NCBI GenBank assembly: GCA_964188305.1
Contig: OZ076894.1
Length of the DNA: 64,000 nucleotides
Strand: one strand, 5' to 3'
Origin: Podarcis bocagei
Lineage: Eukaryota
Translations under genes and position numbers: made by a program
The notes under the pieces: model-generated
What the model saw: the letters and a program-made list of their open reading frames with translations, nothing else
Databases searched by the model: none
What the model was told of the DNA's origin: nothing
Shown: positions 36,403 through 49,383 of the stretch, piece after piece
How positions within the stretch are numbered: position 1 is the first letter of the stretch
Layout: every line of letters starts with the position of its first letter

Positions 36403-38437
36403 TACAGCTCCCAGGATTCTTTGGGAAAAGCCATGTACTTTAAATGTATGTTACGTCTAAGCATTGATCAAAGTGGGGGTTCTCTGTACATATCCCACAG
36501 AGTTGAGTGCATTCAAGGAGCTGTGACTTCATGGTATTGCATACACACAGCATCCACAGGCACTGTAGGAAGTGTCTTCAGAGAAGAAAGTACTAATAGT
36601 GAACTCAGATGATGAGTGCCAATGGGAATGGAGGCAAAAGAAGGACACCAAGAAACAAGAGGAAGGCATCAGCGTGCACAAATGAACTTTAAGATTTATT
36701 GAAGTATTTAAAAGGTTCTCACAAAACAAAACCTTACGGGGAACTCTTAGAAAAACTAGTGGGAAATGGAATAGCTTGTCCTTGGAAAGGGCATGACTAG
36801 CCAGCCAGAACAAGCTAGGCTACATTTTCTTGCAGTTCCTACTTTTGATGCACTATTTGAAAATATCTGAGAGGGAAATAATAATAAAGGTATAAAACCT
36901 TTGCATAAGTCGTAGGGGGAAATGCAATCGCTTCAAAATGAGAACAAAAGTGTGATGCCCTTCGCAGTATGAAAAAATTGGAGAGTATGGTAGGAGTTTG
37001 GATGGTGATAAATTGTTGTCAATTCAAAAGAGAAAGAGGAGGTGACAGAAAGTCCGCAAGACAGAAACAGGATGTCAACAGAAAACCCACTGGGTTGAAT
37101 CTAGATTTAGAGATGCTTGGATTGATTTAAGTCCCGTTGATTTCAGAGGGTCTATTTGAAGCATGGCTAAGCTGAAAAGATCCAACCCACTGATTTCCAA
37201 TGGGCTTAATTGTGCTCAGCTTTTTCCTTCTTGGACGCCAACATGAATTTATATCCTCTGCTTAATATTGGCGCAATAGCTTAAGAAGACACTGTGATTA
37301 CAACACCAGGAAACCACAAATCAATCTGCTTCTAATCTTCCTTTCCTAACTTCATAAATCCCTTCATTGGCACTCTTTTTGGCTTTCATTCGTTTCAGTA
37401 AAATTGTTTAGCTCCCTCTTGGACTGATACACACTGCTTTTTATTACTGGCTTTGGCCATCTATTAATGTCCCCCTTTTTTGCGCTAATGGAATTTCCCC
37501 AAATTAAGACCCAATCCAATTTCATCATAATTTCAAACTTTGACATTCAAGAGTTTAATTTTTATGAATTGCATTTTGCCAGAACCATTGCTTCCATTTC
37601 TGTCACAGAGCCAATCACTTTACAAGATTATACTACTTATTCATCTGTTCCATGGTGGGAGGCCTTTGAATGTTCCCATGTTGCACATATAATTTTCCAA
37701 TCCTATACCCAATTTCCTGGGAGTAAACCCCGCTGAACTCAATGTGACTTTTTTTTAAGAAGACATGTATAGGATTTGACTGTAAATAACTCAGAAGCAC
37801 TTCGCTTAACTAAGGGAAAGCTGAGTTTCTTGGGTTTAATTTTTACTGAATGGGCAGTTACCAGATAAAAAATTACTTCATTTTTCAGATTACTTAGAAT
37901 ATGGACCAACATTTCCAGCAGTTTTGCAGGGCTGGCCCAAAGCATTTTGCTTCCTGAGATTAAAGACAAGAAGCCAACTCCACAATTGCATGAACATAAG
38001 CCAACTAATCTAATTGCACTTTTAAAATGAATTTACTTGAGATCAGGATGATAAGTTAAAATATAAATAGGATTTAGAAAGGCAGTTTTTAAAAAGCAAA
38101 ACTCCCATCATGATCGAAGCTAGGAAACTACCCTTTCCCCTTAGAACCTCCAGACATCACGATGCATTAATGTTAATACATAATTACATATATTTGTATG
38201 TTCAAGATTATTCAGGTTACTGGGGGAAATCAAGTAATAAATATCTGGATATTTTGAAATTTATATATTCCTTCTCAGAATATACCTGTTCTCTACCTGC
38301 CACTTTAACGAGCGTAAACAATGTGGATGGAGACCTGGAGCCCCAGAAAATTAGGAGTAACAACTGACAAGAACATTTTCCTTTATGCAATTCAAATATG
38401 AGTTTTGCATGGGCTAAATAAGTGGCCCAAACTCAAA

Positions 38438-38438
38438 C

Positions 38439-38481
<43 letters not shown>
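38438..38481. repeat. (TAAA)n microsatellite
   Basis: Seen directly. Confidence 0.97.
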
Positions 38482-38671
38482 GCACCCAGACTCGAGGGCA
38501 TGGGGCCAATATATTTAGTGTGTGTAACTGGATGATTTCTTTACCAAATTTGGCAGGGATGTGTCTTAGTAGACTGAGTCAGATCTCCTTTCTGGTTTTG
38601 TCTTTACAACAAGACTAGGTGATCATGCTGGAAATTCAACTTGCTTTCTTGCATGAAATTGATAAAAGAAA

Positions 38672-39055
38672 TGGATGGCACTGTGGTCTAAACCACTGAG
38701 CCTAGGGCTTGCCGATCAGAAGGCTGGCAGTTCGAATCCCCGTGATGGGGTGAGCTCCCATTGCTCGATCCCTGCTCCTGCCAACCTAGCAGTTCGAAAG
38801 CACGTCAGCAGTTCAAAAGCATGTCAAAGTGCAAGTAGATAAATAGGCACTGCTCTGGCGGGAAGGTAAACGGCATTTCCGTGCGCTGCTCTGGTTTCAC
38901 CAGAAGTGGCTTAGTCATGCTAGCCACATGACCCGAAAAAACTGTCTGCAGACAAACGTCGGCTCCCTCAGCCAGTAAAGCGAGATGAGCGTCGCAACCC
39001 CAGAGTCATTCGCGACTGGACTTAACGGTGAGGGGTCCCTTTACCTTTACCTTTT
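38672..39055 (+). mobile_element. Sauria SINE with an internal 19-bp tandem duplication
   Basis: Homology to 30-357, box B GTTCGAATCCC and tail CCTTTACCTTTACCTTTT. Confidence 0.92.
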
Positions 39056-39684
39056 AAGGTAAAATAGAAGCATGCTTGTTCTATGTATTAATTTTGTAGG
39101 CATCATGAATGCAAAAGGGGGGGAGAGACTTGTCCCTTGAGATCAGTGTTCTGAGATTATATTATTTCTTGAATTTTCCCTTTAAACTCCTTTCTTGTTA
39201 TCCTACAAGAATCTAATAAGAATGGTTCCAACCTAAATTCCTTTAAATCAAGGTTATGAGGACAGACCGTAGGAAAACTAGGAAAACTATAGCTGCTATT
39301 ATTTGAGCTCAGGCTCCCTGCACCTCAAAAAACTGAATGTTGCCATGTAGAGGCCATATTGGTATATACCTGGGTAGAACTTTACCCACATTTCCTGTTT
39401 TCCATTGCATTGCTCTTTCTTATTGAACTCTCTTGATAATGTAGTGAAAATGCTGCCTCTGTGAACTGTGGAAAAATAAATGAGTTACATCCGATTCCAG
39501 CTAGAGGTTATCATAACTAAATTGCACTACTAATCTCACTCACCTGGTGGTAAACCCCAACAGGACTTTTGTCTGAGTAGACATGTAAAGTCTGTTAAGT
39601 CCCACTGAAAACAACAGGATCTGATTTACAATTCACTTGTTCCGTATATTTTTCGACAGAAGTTGCTACAGCGAACTCACAGCC

Positions 39685-39900
39685 ATCATAAGAAAATAAA
39701 AAAACCCACTGGATCACACCAAAGATCCTTCTAGTCCTGCATTCTGTTCTCACAGTGACCAACCAGATGCTTATGGGAAGCCTGCAAGCAGGACCTGAGC
39801 GAAACAATGTTCTCCCCTCCTGTGGTTTACAGCAAATGGTTTTCAGCTGCATACTTTCTCCAACAATGGAGGAAAAGCATAGCCAACAGGGCTAGTAGCT
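39685..39900 (-). mobile_element. Degraded CR1 LINE 3' end
   Basis: CATAAGAAAATAA...CTGGATCACACCAAAGATCCTTCTAGTCC...ATGGGAAGCCTGCAAGC is the reverse complement of the family at about 20780-20886. Confidence 0.7.
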
Positions 39901-41271
39901 ATTGTGTTTAAAATACAACCAGGCATCCAGATTATGAGTAGTACAGCCAAGTATCTTCTCCAGCACCTCTGAAGCGTTCCCCAGCCTCTGCTCTTCCCTA
40001 ATTAGGGCATTTTGTAACTGGATTTTATCCCATGGTGCAGTACTATCATTTCAGGGGGAAAGGCAAAACAGCATAGGCTCTGCGTTTTTGGCCTAGGGTC
40101 CAGCCTTTAGTTTAAACAAAGCTAAGCTTCCATTTAAATTATTTCGATCTGTTGTAGCTGTGCCCATTTTCTAAATACTTAAGCTACCATAAAGTCTGCT
40201 GCAGTGCTTTATCTTTTTTTCCCATAATTAAGATTTTTTTTCTTGATAATAATGGCAGTGCAATCAAGTGCAGAATTTGGCCATATGGCCAAACTGAATA
40301 GAAAACTGGGCACATGCCCATGGTTTTAAGTTACTCTAAACCCAGCCTGCCAGTAAAATAAAAGCTGGTGTTTACCATGGGAAATGATTCAAATTAATTA
40401 GGAGGAACATGAAGGCTGCAGAGTGGGATCATTACCTTCTCAGTGCTTTGGTTACCAAAACATCTGGATACAGCCTATGGTAATTCTACTAACAAGTAAC
40501 ATGACATTACAAAACTAATAAGAAGACTAGAGGTATGGACGGTATCTCCCCCACCCCACCCTTTTCCTTTTCCTTGGCTAAATAACATGATAAAGGGGGA
40601 GTCGTCAGTAAAACCTGGAGAATGTACAACATAATCAATTAGATAAAGATGTTTGACATTTCTCTTCCATAATAAAGCAAAGTAGCCATAAAGTGCAAAG
40701 TACTGTATGCCATGTGTACCACAATCTTGCAAGCAGAAGACTGAAGGAAGCAGATACGGTTTCGTTCTCATTACGATGTTTTAGCAAATAACCCTTAGAT
40801 TACTGTGGCTTGTGAGTTTTTGCTTCTTCATTGCACGCTCGCTCTCTCTTTTCAGACAAAACAGCACAGAACCCAAGCTGCCTTGGAAACAGGGTTTTCA
40901 AGAACTCTCTGCAAAAAAGCAGCAGCAAAAAACAAAACGAAAATACCACCCCAAACTAAGACCAAATCTTTTTACAGACTCTATAAATGGCTGTACAGAC
41001 TCGGGCAGGCAGAACCCTTCTCACTGTACCCAGTAAGATATTCATTTCACACGACAGCTTGATTGTTGAATGCCTTTTATTCTTCATTTACTGCATGGGT
41101 AAGCTATGTTCAAATGTATTTCATTTAGAATTCTTTTTGCTAGCTTTGGTTGCCCAGATCATCCTGTGCAAATCTTTGGTCATTTAATGGGGGCTGTGGG
41201 AAGATACTGCTTTATTATAAAAACATGAACTTGGCCAGTTTTGTAAAAAAAGAAAGAAAATGTATAGGAAC

Positions 41272-41669
41272 TTGGGATGGGAGAGAAATTAGATTCAGTT
41301 CATATTTAAAGGTGAACCTGCCTCATTTTCATTTTCTGCAAAAATATACGAACCCACCTTCAAAATTCACACTTCTTTGAATTTTGCACTGCAATTCTCC
41401 CACCAAGTGATGCTTACAAAAAGGTATATACCAGGGCAAAGTGTGCATTGAGATGTATATATTTGTGAAAATTACATATACAAATGGATTATATTACGGC
41501 AAATTGTTTGGCAAAAATGTGTATATTAGGAGAAATTCACACTGAAATGTTGATGAATTTTCATAAAAAAGAAAAATGCAAGCTGATGTGGAAATGTGAA
41601 GAACTGAACTTAAGGCTTGAAAGATAAGAAATGGAGGCAAACTAAAATGGACAGATTCACCCATCTCTA
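41272..41669. mobile_element. AT-rich hAT-like element
   Basis: Ends TTGGGATGGG / CCCATCTCTA. Homologous to the 33177 and 49384 copies. Confidence 0.7.
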
Positions 41670-41997
41670 AGCCCTTGTGGTGGGCTGGAGCCATGGAGCC
41701 GCCCTCCTCAAGCCTGTATCTCCACAACTCACCTGAGCAGTGCTGGGTCAGGGCAGTAGTGAAGTGGAGCTGCAGAAGCACATAGGTGGGAGTGTCAGAT
41801 TGGCTCCAACCTCACCACTATCCTGCCCCCATCTAGATAAGTGGCAGCAATACCAGTGTCAGAAGGGTGATGCTGTGGTTCCATCCCACCATTTAAAAAC
41901 CAACACGAAAACCTAAGAGAAGCACAGGCTGCCTGGTACATATCACTTTGTGACCCATCCCAACAAACTGACTGAGCAATTTTAATGCCATGAGGTC

Positions 41998-42595
41998 GAT
42001 ACGATAATCTTTACAGAACAACGAAATTGAAAAAACTCCATCAGACATTCAAAAACCAACAAGCCTGCTATCCCAGCTATCCCAGCTTGGTTAGCCCCCT
42101 AAAAACTCTACTACCCCATAATTAAATACAATATACTCCCATAGAGACTACCTTACACTGTGTTTAAAACCAGAATCGCATTTGGAAAGAAACTGTTTCC
42201 CAGGTGGCTAGTCCTAGTCTTTGTAACCCTGTACCTTCTTTCAGAAGGCAGAATCTGAAAGAGGTCATTTCCGGGGTGTGCACTATCCTGCACTATCTCT
42301 GCAGCTTTCTCATGACACCTGGAAGCGTAGATTTGATCCAAGGTGGGAAGAGTGCTCCCAATTATTCTCTCCACAGTCTTTACAACCCTGTACAGCATTG
42401 TTTTTTCCCAGACCATGCAGCTCCCAAACCACACACAGAGACCATAAGTTAATACACTCTCAACAGTACAATGGTAGAATGCCATCAACAGGTCTTTTGA
42501 GAGATTATTTTTCCGGAGGATTCTCAGAAAATGTAACCTCTGCTGTGCTCTCTTCATCAGGTCTTTACTGTTTTCTCCCCAGGTTAGGTCAAAGT
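41998..42595 (-). mobile_element. Rex1/Babar-type LINE 3' fragment
   Basis: KRAQQRLHFLRILRK...FYHCTVESVLTYGLCVWFGSC...RRYRVTKTRTSHLGNSFFPNAI is the Rex1-type ORF C-terminus. 3' UTR motif CAATTTCGTTGT. Confidence 0.88.
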
Positions 42596-43351
42596 TTAGG
42601 GTGGCCGTGTGTCCAAACAGAGGACAGTCCTCTGTTTGAAGGAGGCCTCTTTTTGATTTGCACCACCACCAACATACACACAAACCCAGAGACAGAGATA
42701 CAGCTCTTTGCAATGGCATAGCAGCCCTTAGTCACCTGTGCTCTCTAGCAATAAAGACTTAGCACCAATTTAGGGGGTGATCGCCATTTGCTGCCCAGCA
42801 TGGTGTGCGTCAGGCCAAAAGTGGGGGAAGAAGGGGTCCACGTGCACAGCCAGAGGTGGGCGCACAGGCTTCCCTTCTGACCATGTGTTTTCTGCTGCAA
42901 AATCGGCTGCCAATCAGGAGGGGGCAAGGAGGCCGAGCAGTGAGCAGAGGTCTGGCTGAGAACCAGGACCACTTCTCTCCATTAAAGGGGAGTGGCACCA
43001 AGTGCCTGGCCTCTTGCTCTGCATGGAGTCTATTGTTGCTGGGTCACCCACCTTCCTGACTTTTTATCCATGTAGATTTGCTTCAGCCCAAAGGTGAGTG
43101 GGCTGAACTGTGTATGGACATTGCTATGGATGACTCGTCGCCAACCTCGGGGCCAGGGAGGAATTTTTCCCGCAGACAAATCAGCCCACCTGCAGGTTTT
43201 CATGCATACATCTGGCTACCTTTTTTAAAGGGTCCTGGAAGGGCTAGAGCTGTCTGGAAGCCCACATGGAGGCCGATGGGCCCTTCTGAGAGGCAGCACT
43301 GGCAGGAACATTACACTTGACCCAGGTCAAGGGGCAGCCTTCATGCCAGTA

Positions 43352-43593
43352 CAGTGGTACCTCAGGTTAAGTACTTAATTCGTTCCGGAGGTCTGTACTT
43401 AACCTGAAACTGTTCTTAACCTGAAGCACCACTTTAGCTAATGGGGCCTCTTGCTGCCGCCGCACCGCCAGAGCACGATTTCTGTTCTCATCCTGAAGCA
43501 AAGCTCTTAACCTGAAGCACTATTTCTGGGTTAGCGGAGTCTGTAACCTGAAGCGTATGTAACCTGAAGTGTATGTAACCCGAGGTACCACTG
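43352..43593. mobile_element. pogo/Tigger-like MITE (242 bp)
   Basis: Same TIRs and TA TSDs as 36161-36402, in the opposite orientation. Confidence 0.92.
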
Positions 43594-44447
43594 TACTGAC
43601 CCATCCCAAGTTCATCCAGCAAGCGAGCTGGTTGAGGGTGGATGCTTACTCAATGACTTTTGCGAAAATAAAGTTGTGGCCTAATCTAACCCACTCCATG
43701 TTCTCCCATGTCTTATTTTCCAGCGCCAATCCCCATCAGTATGCAGTGCGCCTTATGCGCCTGGGTCACGCTAGAATGCAACACACATTGCAAGATTGCT
43801 ACATGAGCTGCCATAATATGAATTATATTCTATGGCCTGATATTGTTGTTATATCCCACCTGAAAGTTGAGGCACTTCCACACAGTTTATTATGGACTTG
43901 GTTCTGCTCGTACATACATCCTCTTGCAACATCCATGAGACACTGTCCTCATCAAAATGCTGTTCCATATTTTCACCGCCACTGCTTAATCCAGATTTAC
44001 CATTTCCATGTCATTGTTGTTTCATTTATTGTGTGTTCTATGGGAGCATTAAATCTTGATGAAACAGAAAAATAATATGGGACAACGTTTTGATGAAGGC
44101 GATGTCATGCAGATGCTGCAAAAAACTTCATGCGTGAGCAGCACTGATTCCACAATAAACTGCTGTGTGAAATGCACTAGATCATGTCAAAAAATGTGCA
44201 TTCAGAGCTACTCTCTTCACTGTCATCCATATTATGACAAAGGTTGAAAGGGATCCAGATAATTCTGGCACAATATCATTTTGTTTTTCTGGCACTGGTC
44301 TTTAAGGAAAAGAGAAAAATGCTGAAACCTCATTCATTCTCCATTTCAGCATAACCTTTCAGAAACAATAACTTTGAAATGGAATATGTTAGGGAACTCA
44401 GAAAATATGAAACTAACTGCCCTCCCCTTTCATTCAGTGGATGATTA

Positions 44448-44616
44448 CCGTATTTTTCGCTCTATAACACGCACCCGACCATAACACGCACGTAGTTTTT
44501 AGAGGAGGAAAATCCATAGGCATGCCACCCGTAGGCATTTCCTCCATAACACGCACAGACATTTCCCCTTACTTTCTAGGAGGAAAAAAGTGAGTGTTAT
44601 GGTGCAAAAAATACGG
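44448..44616. mobile_element. Tc2/pogo-like MITE (169 bp)
   Basis: TIRs CCGTATTTTT / AAAAATACGG with TA TSDs. Confidence 0.88.
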
Positions 44617-44829
44617 TAATTGCTTTGTGTGAGAGGTAAGACTGGTTAAGTGGGGGGAGAGAAAAAAGAATTCTGGAAACTGTGAAAAGGTTGGAGGCCC
44701 TGGGACAAATCTTTACTCAGTTTGTACTCAGCTGCAGTCCTTGCCAAACCACAACTGATGGGAATCCAATAAAAAACAGATCAGATATGGCCTGTTATTT
44801 GAACCTTGATTAACCAAATCTGCTGATTA

Positions 44830-45055
44830 CAGCGGTACCTCGGGTTAAGAACTTAATTCGTTCTGGAGGTCCATTCTTAACCTGAAACTGCTCTTAACCT
44901 GAGGTACCACTTTAGCTAATGGGGCCTCCCGCTGCCGCCACACCGCCGACACGCGATTTCTGTTCTCATCCTGAGGTAAAGTTCTTAACCTGAGGTACTA
45001 TTTCTGGGTCAGCAGAGTCTGTAACCTGAAGCGTCTGTAACCCGAGGTACCACTG
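44830..45055. mobile_element. pogo/Tigger-like MITE (226 bp)
   Basis: Same family as 43352-43593, with TA TSDs. Lacks one 16-bp subterminal unit. Confidence 0.92.
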
Positions 45056-45809
45056 TATTTGAATTCACTATGGAAGCACCATATAAATCTATGATCAGTG
45101 CAATCCTGTGTAAGTAATATCACTGACACTCATGTGCAAGAAGTTGTCCTGGAAGAACCTTCCTGGGCTTTCACTTTAGGATTTCCAAATCTATCTGTAT
45201 ATTATAGAGGTGTAGGAGAAGCATTCCGTTTGAACATTCTGATAAATCCACAATTATATTCCCTATAAATTCAAGATGATTTATCCTATCAGTATGAAAT
45301 TTGGTGTGGACCATCTCTTCGGTAAGTGATACAAGCTCTTGGCTTTTCAGAAAAACTGTATGAAAACCAACTGAGAAACAGCAGTTTATATTTGGGAATA
45401 CGTGTTTTCTTTCTGGACATGCCACACTATTTGTTGCAGAACACATCCTATTGCTTTCAGCAGCAGAAGCGCTCCTTTTATTTTTACCATCCAAAGGGCA
45501 TTGAACTTTTCCTATCCCTTCCCTAGCCACCAGACCTGCCAAAAAGATTGGACAAAGGGTCTCCATTTTATAGACTTGTCAGTTGCTCTGCTCCTTTCTT
45601 CCTCTGCCCTAGGTTGCTCTGGACTGTTCCTATCTTCTTGTTTGTCCTCATCAAGCCCAATGCTTCACTGAAGCAAGTTGAATCAATTTGCCTCAGGTGA
45701 CAGATCCAACCTGTGACCTCTCAATTGCTCTGATGCCAACCCCACTGCCTCGCTGCCAGCCCCACCACAGCTTCTCCCACGCCACTGACACCACAACAGT
45801 CTCATTCCT

Positions 45810-46074
45810 GTCCGGTAGCACCTTAGAGACCAACTAAGTTTGTTCTTGGTATAAGCTTTCGTGTGAATCCACACTTCTTCAGATACATGCACANNNNNNN
45901 NNNNNNNNNNNNNNNNNNNNNNNNNNNNNNNNNNNNNNNNNNNNNNNNNNNNNNNNNNNNNNNNNNNNNNNNNNNNNNNNNNNNNNNNNNNNNNNNNNNN
46001 NNNNNNNNNNNNNNNNNNNNNNNNNNNNNNNNNNNNNNNNNNNNNNNNNNNNNNAGCTACCTACCTGAATCTAC
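45810..46074. mobile_element. Penelope-like element insertion with inverted structure, containing a 161-N gap (45894-46054)
   Basis: The left part is the reverse complement of the 1793 fragment. The right part GCTACCTACCTG matches the reverse complement of 63971-63982. 10-bp TSD TCTCATTCCT (45800-45809 and 46075-46084). Confidence 0.75.
45849..45886 (-). ncRNA. Minimal type I hammerhead ribozyme motif
   Basis: Minus strand GTAT-CTGAAGA-A-GTGTG gatt CACAC-GAAA-GC-TT-ATAC. 4-bp stem I, intact core, 5-bp stem II, AGCT palindrome and CUU triplet. Confidence 0.8.
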
Positions 46075-49000
46075 TCTCATTCCTAACGCTGATGGGCGTT
46101 GTAGTCGGAAAAAGATCGGGAGAGCATCAAACTGGCAACCTCTGGTCTACGAAAACAAGGATTGTTATGGGGACTGAGGATGCTGTTACCTTCTGAGCCT
46201 GGTCACTCATGTGTTGAGGGGACTGAGGCACAAGGCAAAAGGGCCTTGATGGAGTAAGTAAACATTGTGTGAAACTATGTGTGAAGTGAACAGCTACATG
46301 AAGCATGCCGGTGGAGAAAATGTTGTACCCCAACAAATTGGGGAGGTGTCTTTGACACTGAAAACAAAGTCCACATTTGGGGAGAAATAACTCTGGTGAC
46401 CTGCTATACTCCAAATTAAATTGGGGGGAAAGAAAGAGAAATAAGAAATCAAAAAAAGAGTGTTCAGTGTATGTGGTGGGTGGTGGGGAGTGTATTGGCA
46501 CAGATAATAGCTATGACTGTGCCAAACCACCAAATGCGTTCCTCATAGGCCCCAAAGCAGCCATCAGTCTGACAAGAAATTGGCCCATTTAACTATTGCT
46601 ATTGTTTTAAATCAATGTACTGTGCTGCGGATTAAGTAGCATTCTATCCCAAAGTCCCAGAAGCTCACTGATTTTGGAACAGATCAGATAGAGATTTGGC
46701 CTCCAAAACGTTTGTGGAGCAAAGTCAAATATACCTGTACACGCAAATGTTGTTTAATGAAGTTGCTCAGACTTCAGCTTCAGAACTAATTGCTGTGACA
46801 TTTGCAGCAGCTCTTGATTGTTTGGCCTTAAGCAGGCCAGGGGTCTTTTTCTTCCTTTCTCCCGCACTAGAAATCAATGACCCAGCAAGGAATGAAGGCG
46901 GTAGCAATGCACCCAAGGAGAAGCAGCTTTTTGCCATACAGAAAGGACAACTAAGAGGGCTTCCAGACTGTTGCTATTTTATGGGTGGGATTTAATTATA
47001 TGCTGGCAAATTCAGGTTTCAAAATTAAAGCAGATTTGGCACCCTTGTGCAACAATCCCAATTCTTTTTTTTAAAAGAACAACAACCCAGACTTTTTGTG
47101 GTGAGGAAAATGTACCCTGGAAAGTGTGGGATAACAATTGCTTGACGTGACATCATATAACCTCACCACAAATCAGGATGAAAACTCACTGAGCAGCTGA
47201 CATTGCATAGCCTCCATTCAAATTGCATACAGATGAAATCAGGATGAATGCTAAATAAACAGGTCATCTGGAAGTGACCCAAGACACAGGTTTCCCTGGC
47301 GCTAAATCTCTTAACCTAATTGCAAATTATTTTTAAAAGACAAGATATGGGGGATGTTCAAATACATATCAAATTAGTCTAACTATTAGATATGGAAAAC
47401 ATATGCATTTAATTTAATCTGCAAAGCAAGGAGGGGGAGGAAAGGACTACATTAATTTGAGAAATGAAGCAACGCCGCTTTATTGTCCAGAAGCAGCTGA
47501 CTGAGTTTAATTTACCCTGAAATTACGTTTCAAAATGTAGTTTTGGGAAATGCTGTAGCAAACATCTAATTTAATAAATTGGCCCAGCAGGGTAACATCC
47601 TCTTTCTGGATGCACACAGGATCAGTCTGAACAGAAAGGCAAACAAACATGGCCTCTGAGTGGTGCAAGGATCCCTTCCTTCCAAAATCTAACAACAGAC
47701 AAACAGCACAGTGGGCTCTTATCATTTATCTGAGGGAAATGGGGGGGGGGGGTGAACAGCAGTGTGTGGAGTGCAATGCAACTTCTCTTGCTGGCAAAGT
47801 AAGACTCAAGTCTCCAGCGACTTTCGCCCAATACTAGGACAGAAGCTCTAGACTTCTCCTTCACATAATTTTTGTGTGAGGAAGAAGTGGTCCTCCAGAT
47901 GTTGTCAGATTCCAGCTTCCAGGCAGCATGGCCAATGGTAGTTCAACATCTGAAAAGCCACAGGTTCCCCATCCCCGCTACATAATGTGACTAACTAATT
48001 CTACACATGGCTGCTCATAAGTAAATCTCAATGAGGTCCATAGGGTTTGTTCCCTGGAAACAGCATTGCAGCCTATGGTGTCTCTTGGCTTTCTGCTGGA
48101 TATGAACTCTTTGGACATTATTTCCATTGTACGGGCTATGGAATGCAGAGTTCCACAAGAACTGTGTTCCATTCAAGACAGACTCTTTCTGCTCAGCTTA
48201 GGAGGGCCTATCATTTGGATGCATCCTTTAAACCAGAGAACATTTCTACAAATGATGGGCTGGTACCCTGCATGTCTCACTAAGAAAATAAGAGTGAAGA
48301 CCAAACCAAAATCCTTTAAACATATATTTTGTGTCTGTGCATTACAGTTGTTTCTTGGCTAAACACATGCAAACCAACACAGGGTACAATTTCATCAGAA
48401 TCCTGGCCTATTTTGCAAGCTGTAAGTAGTAATATTATACCAATCAGGTATTTGGATTTTGGACAATTAATCAAAGGTTGCCAGGAAGAGTTACATTTAC
48501 AGTTTAATATGCTTTGTCTAGTTATATTTGCAGAGATTTCATTTTCATGAAGATTCTACAGTTGGAGTACATTACTTTGAGAGTAAGAGAACCTAGTGGG
48601 ATCAACTTATTTTCTGCTTCTTAAATCATTCTGTCCTCATCTGATTTTTCTCCCTTCCCCACCCCCACCTCCCCACCCCCATCAGATTATTTAGTTGGAC
48701 TTAGTTTAACATTCACATCTTGCTTGTCAGGTGAGAGAGGATTTGTATGCATTCTTCCAAAGAACATACGCTGGGCACTACTCCCTAGACAAGAGGTGAC
48801 TGGGTTGATGCCAACTGTAAACTGTAATGAAGATCACAGAGCCTGGATGTGTCAGAAGGCTTCATTTTCTGACTTAGCCTATGACATTGTGAAAGGGAAA
48901 GGTGTCTAGAGGAACAGGAGTGAATGTGTGGGGCGGGGGCGGGGGGGGGAATGCTTGCTTTGAAACCCTTCCCAGGCAGACAATGAAAGAGAATAAAAAG

Positions 49001-49383
49001 AATGTTCGCCCTAAGTGGAAATGATTTGCAAATTCCATCTGTGAAATATATGCTTGTCATGGGAATCATTTCCTTCTGTAACCTTCTCATGACTCAGGCA
49101 TTTTTTTCAGATCAATATGTAAAGGGGAAAAACCTGAAACGAAACCACAGCCTGAGGTGCACATAGTTAAAATACAGGGGAGCATCTAATTTCAAACATG
49201 TCTATGATTCCCTTCCTTAACTTTGCTCAATTTAGTTTTATTTTGTGGTGCATTAAAATCTCTGGTATGCAGAAAAAACACAATGTCTAATCACAAAAAG
49301 CATAGCAGTATCCTCTTCGGTTAGACAAAACACTTTCCTGATAAAGAAATGGACTATCGCAGTAACTCAGAATTCCTGGCAGC

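Noticed and set aside
45180-45326. Exon ending at a strong donor CG|GTAAGT
   Set aside because: All three frames from the best upstream acceptor contain stops, and shorter acceptors are weak.
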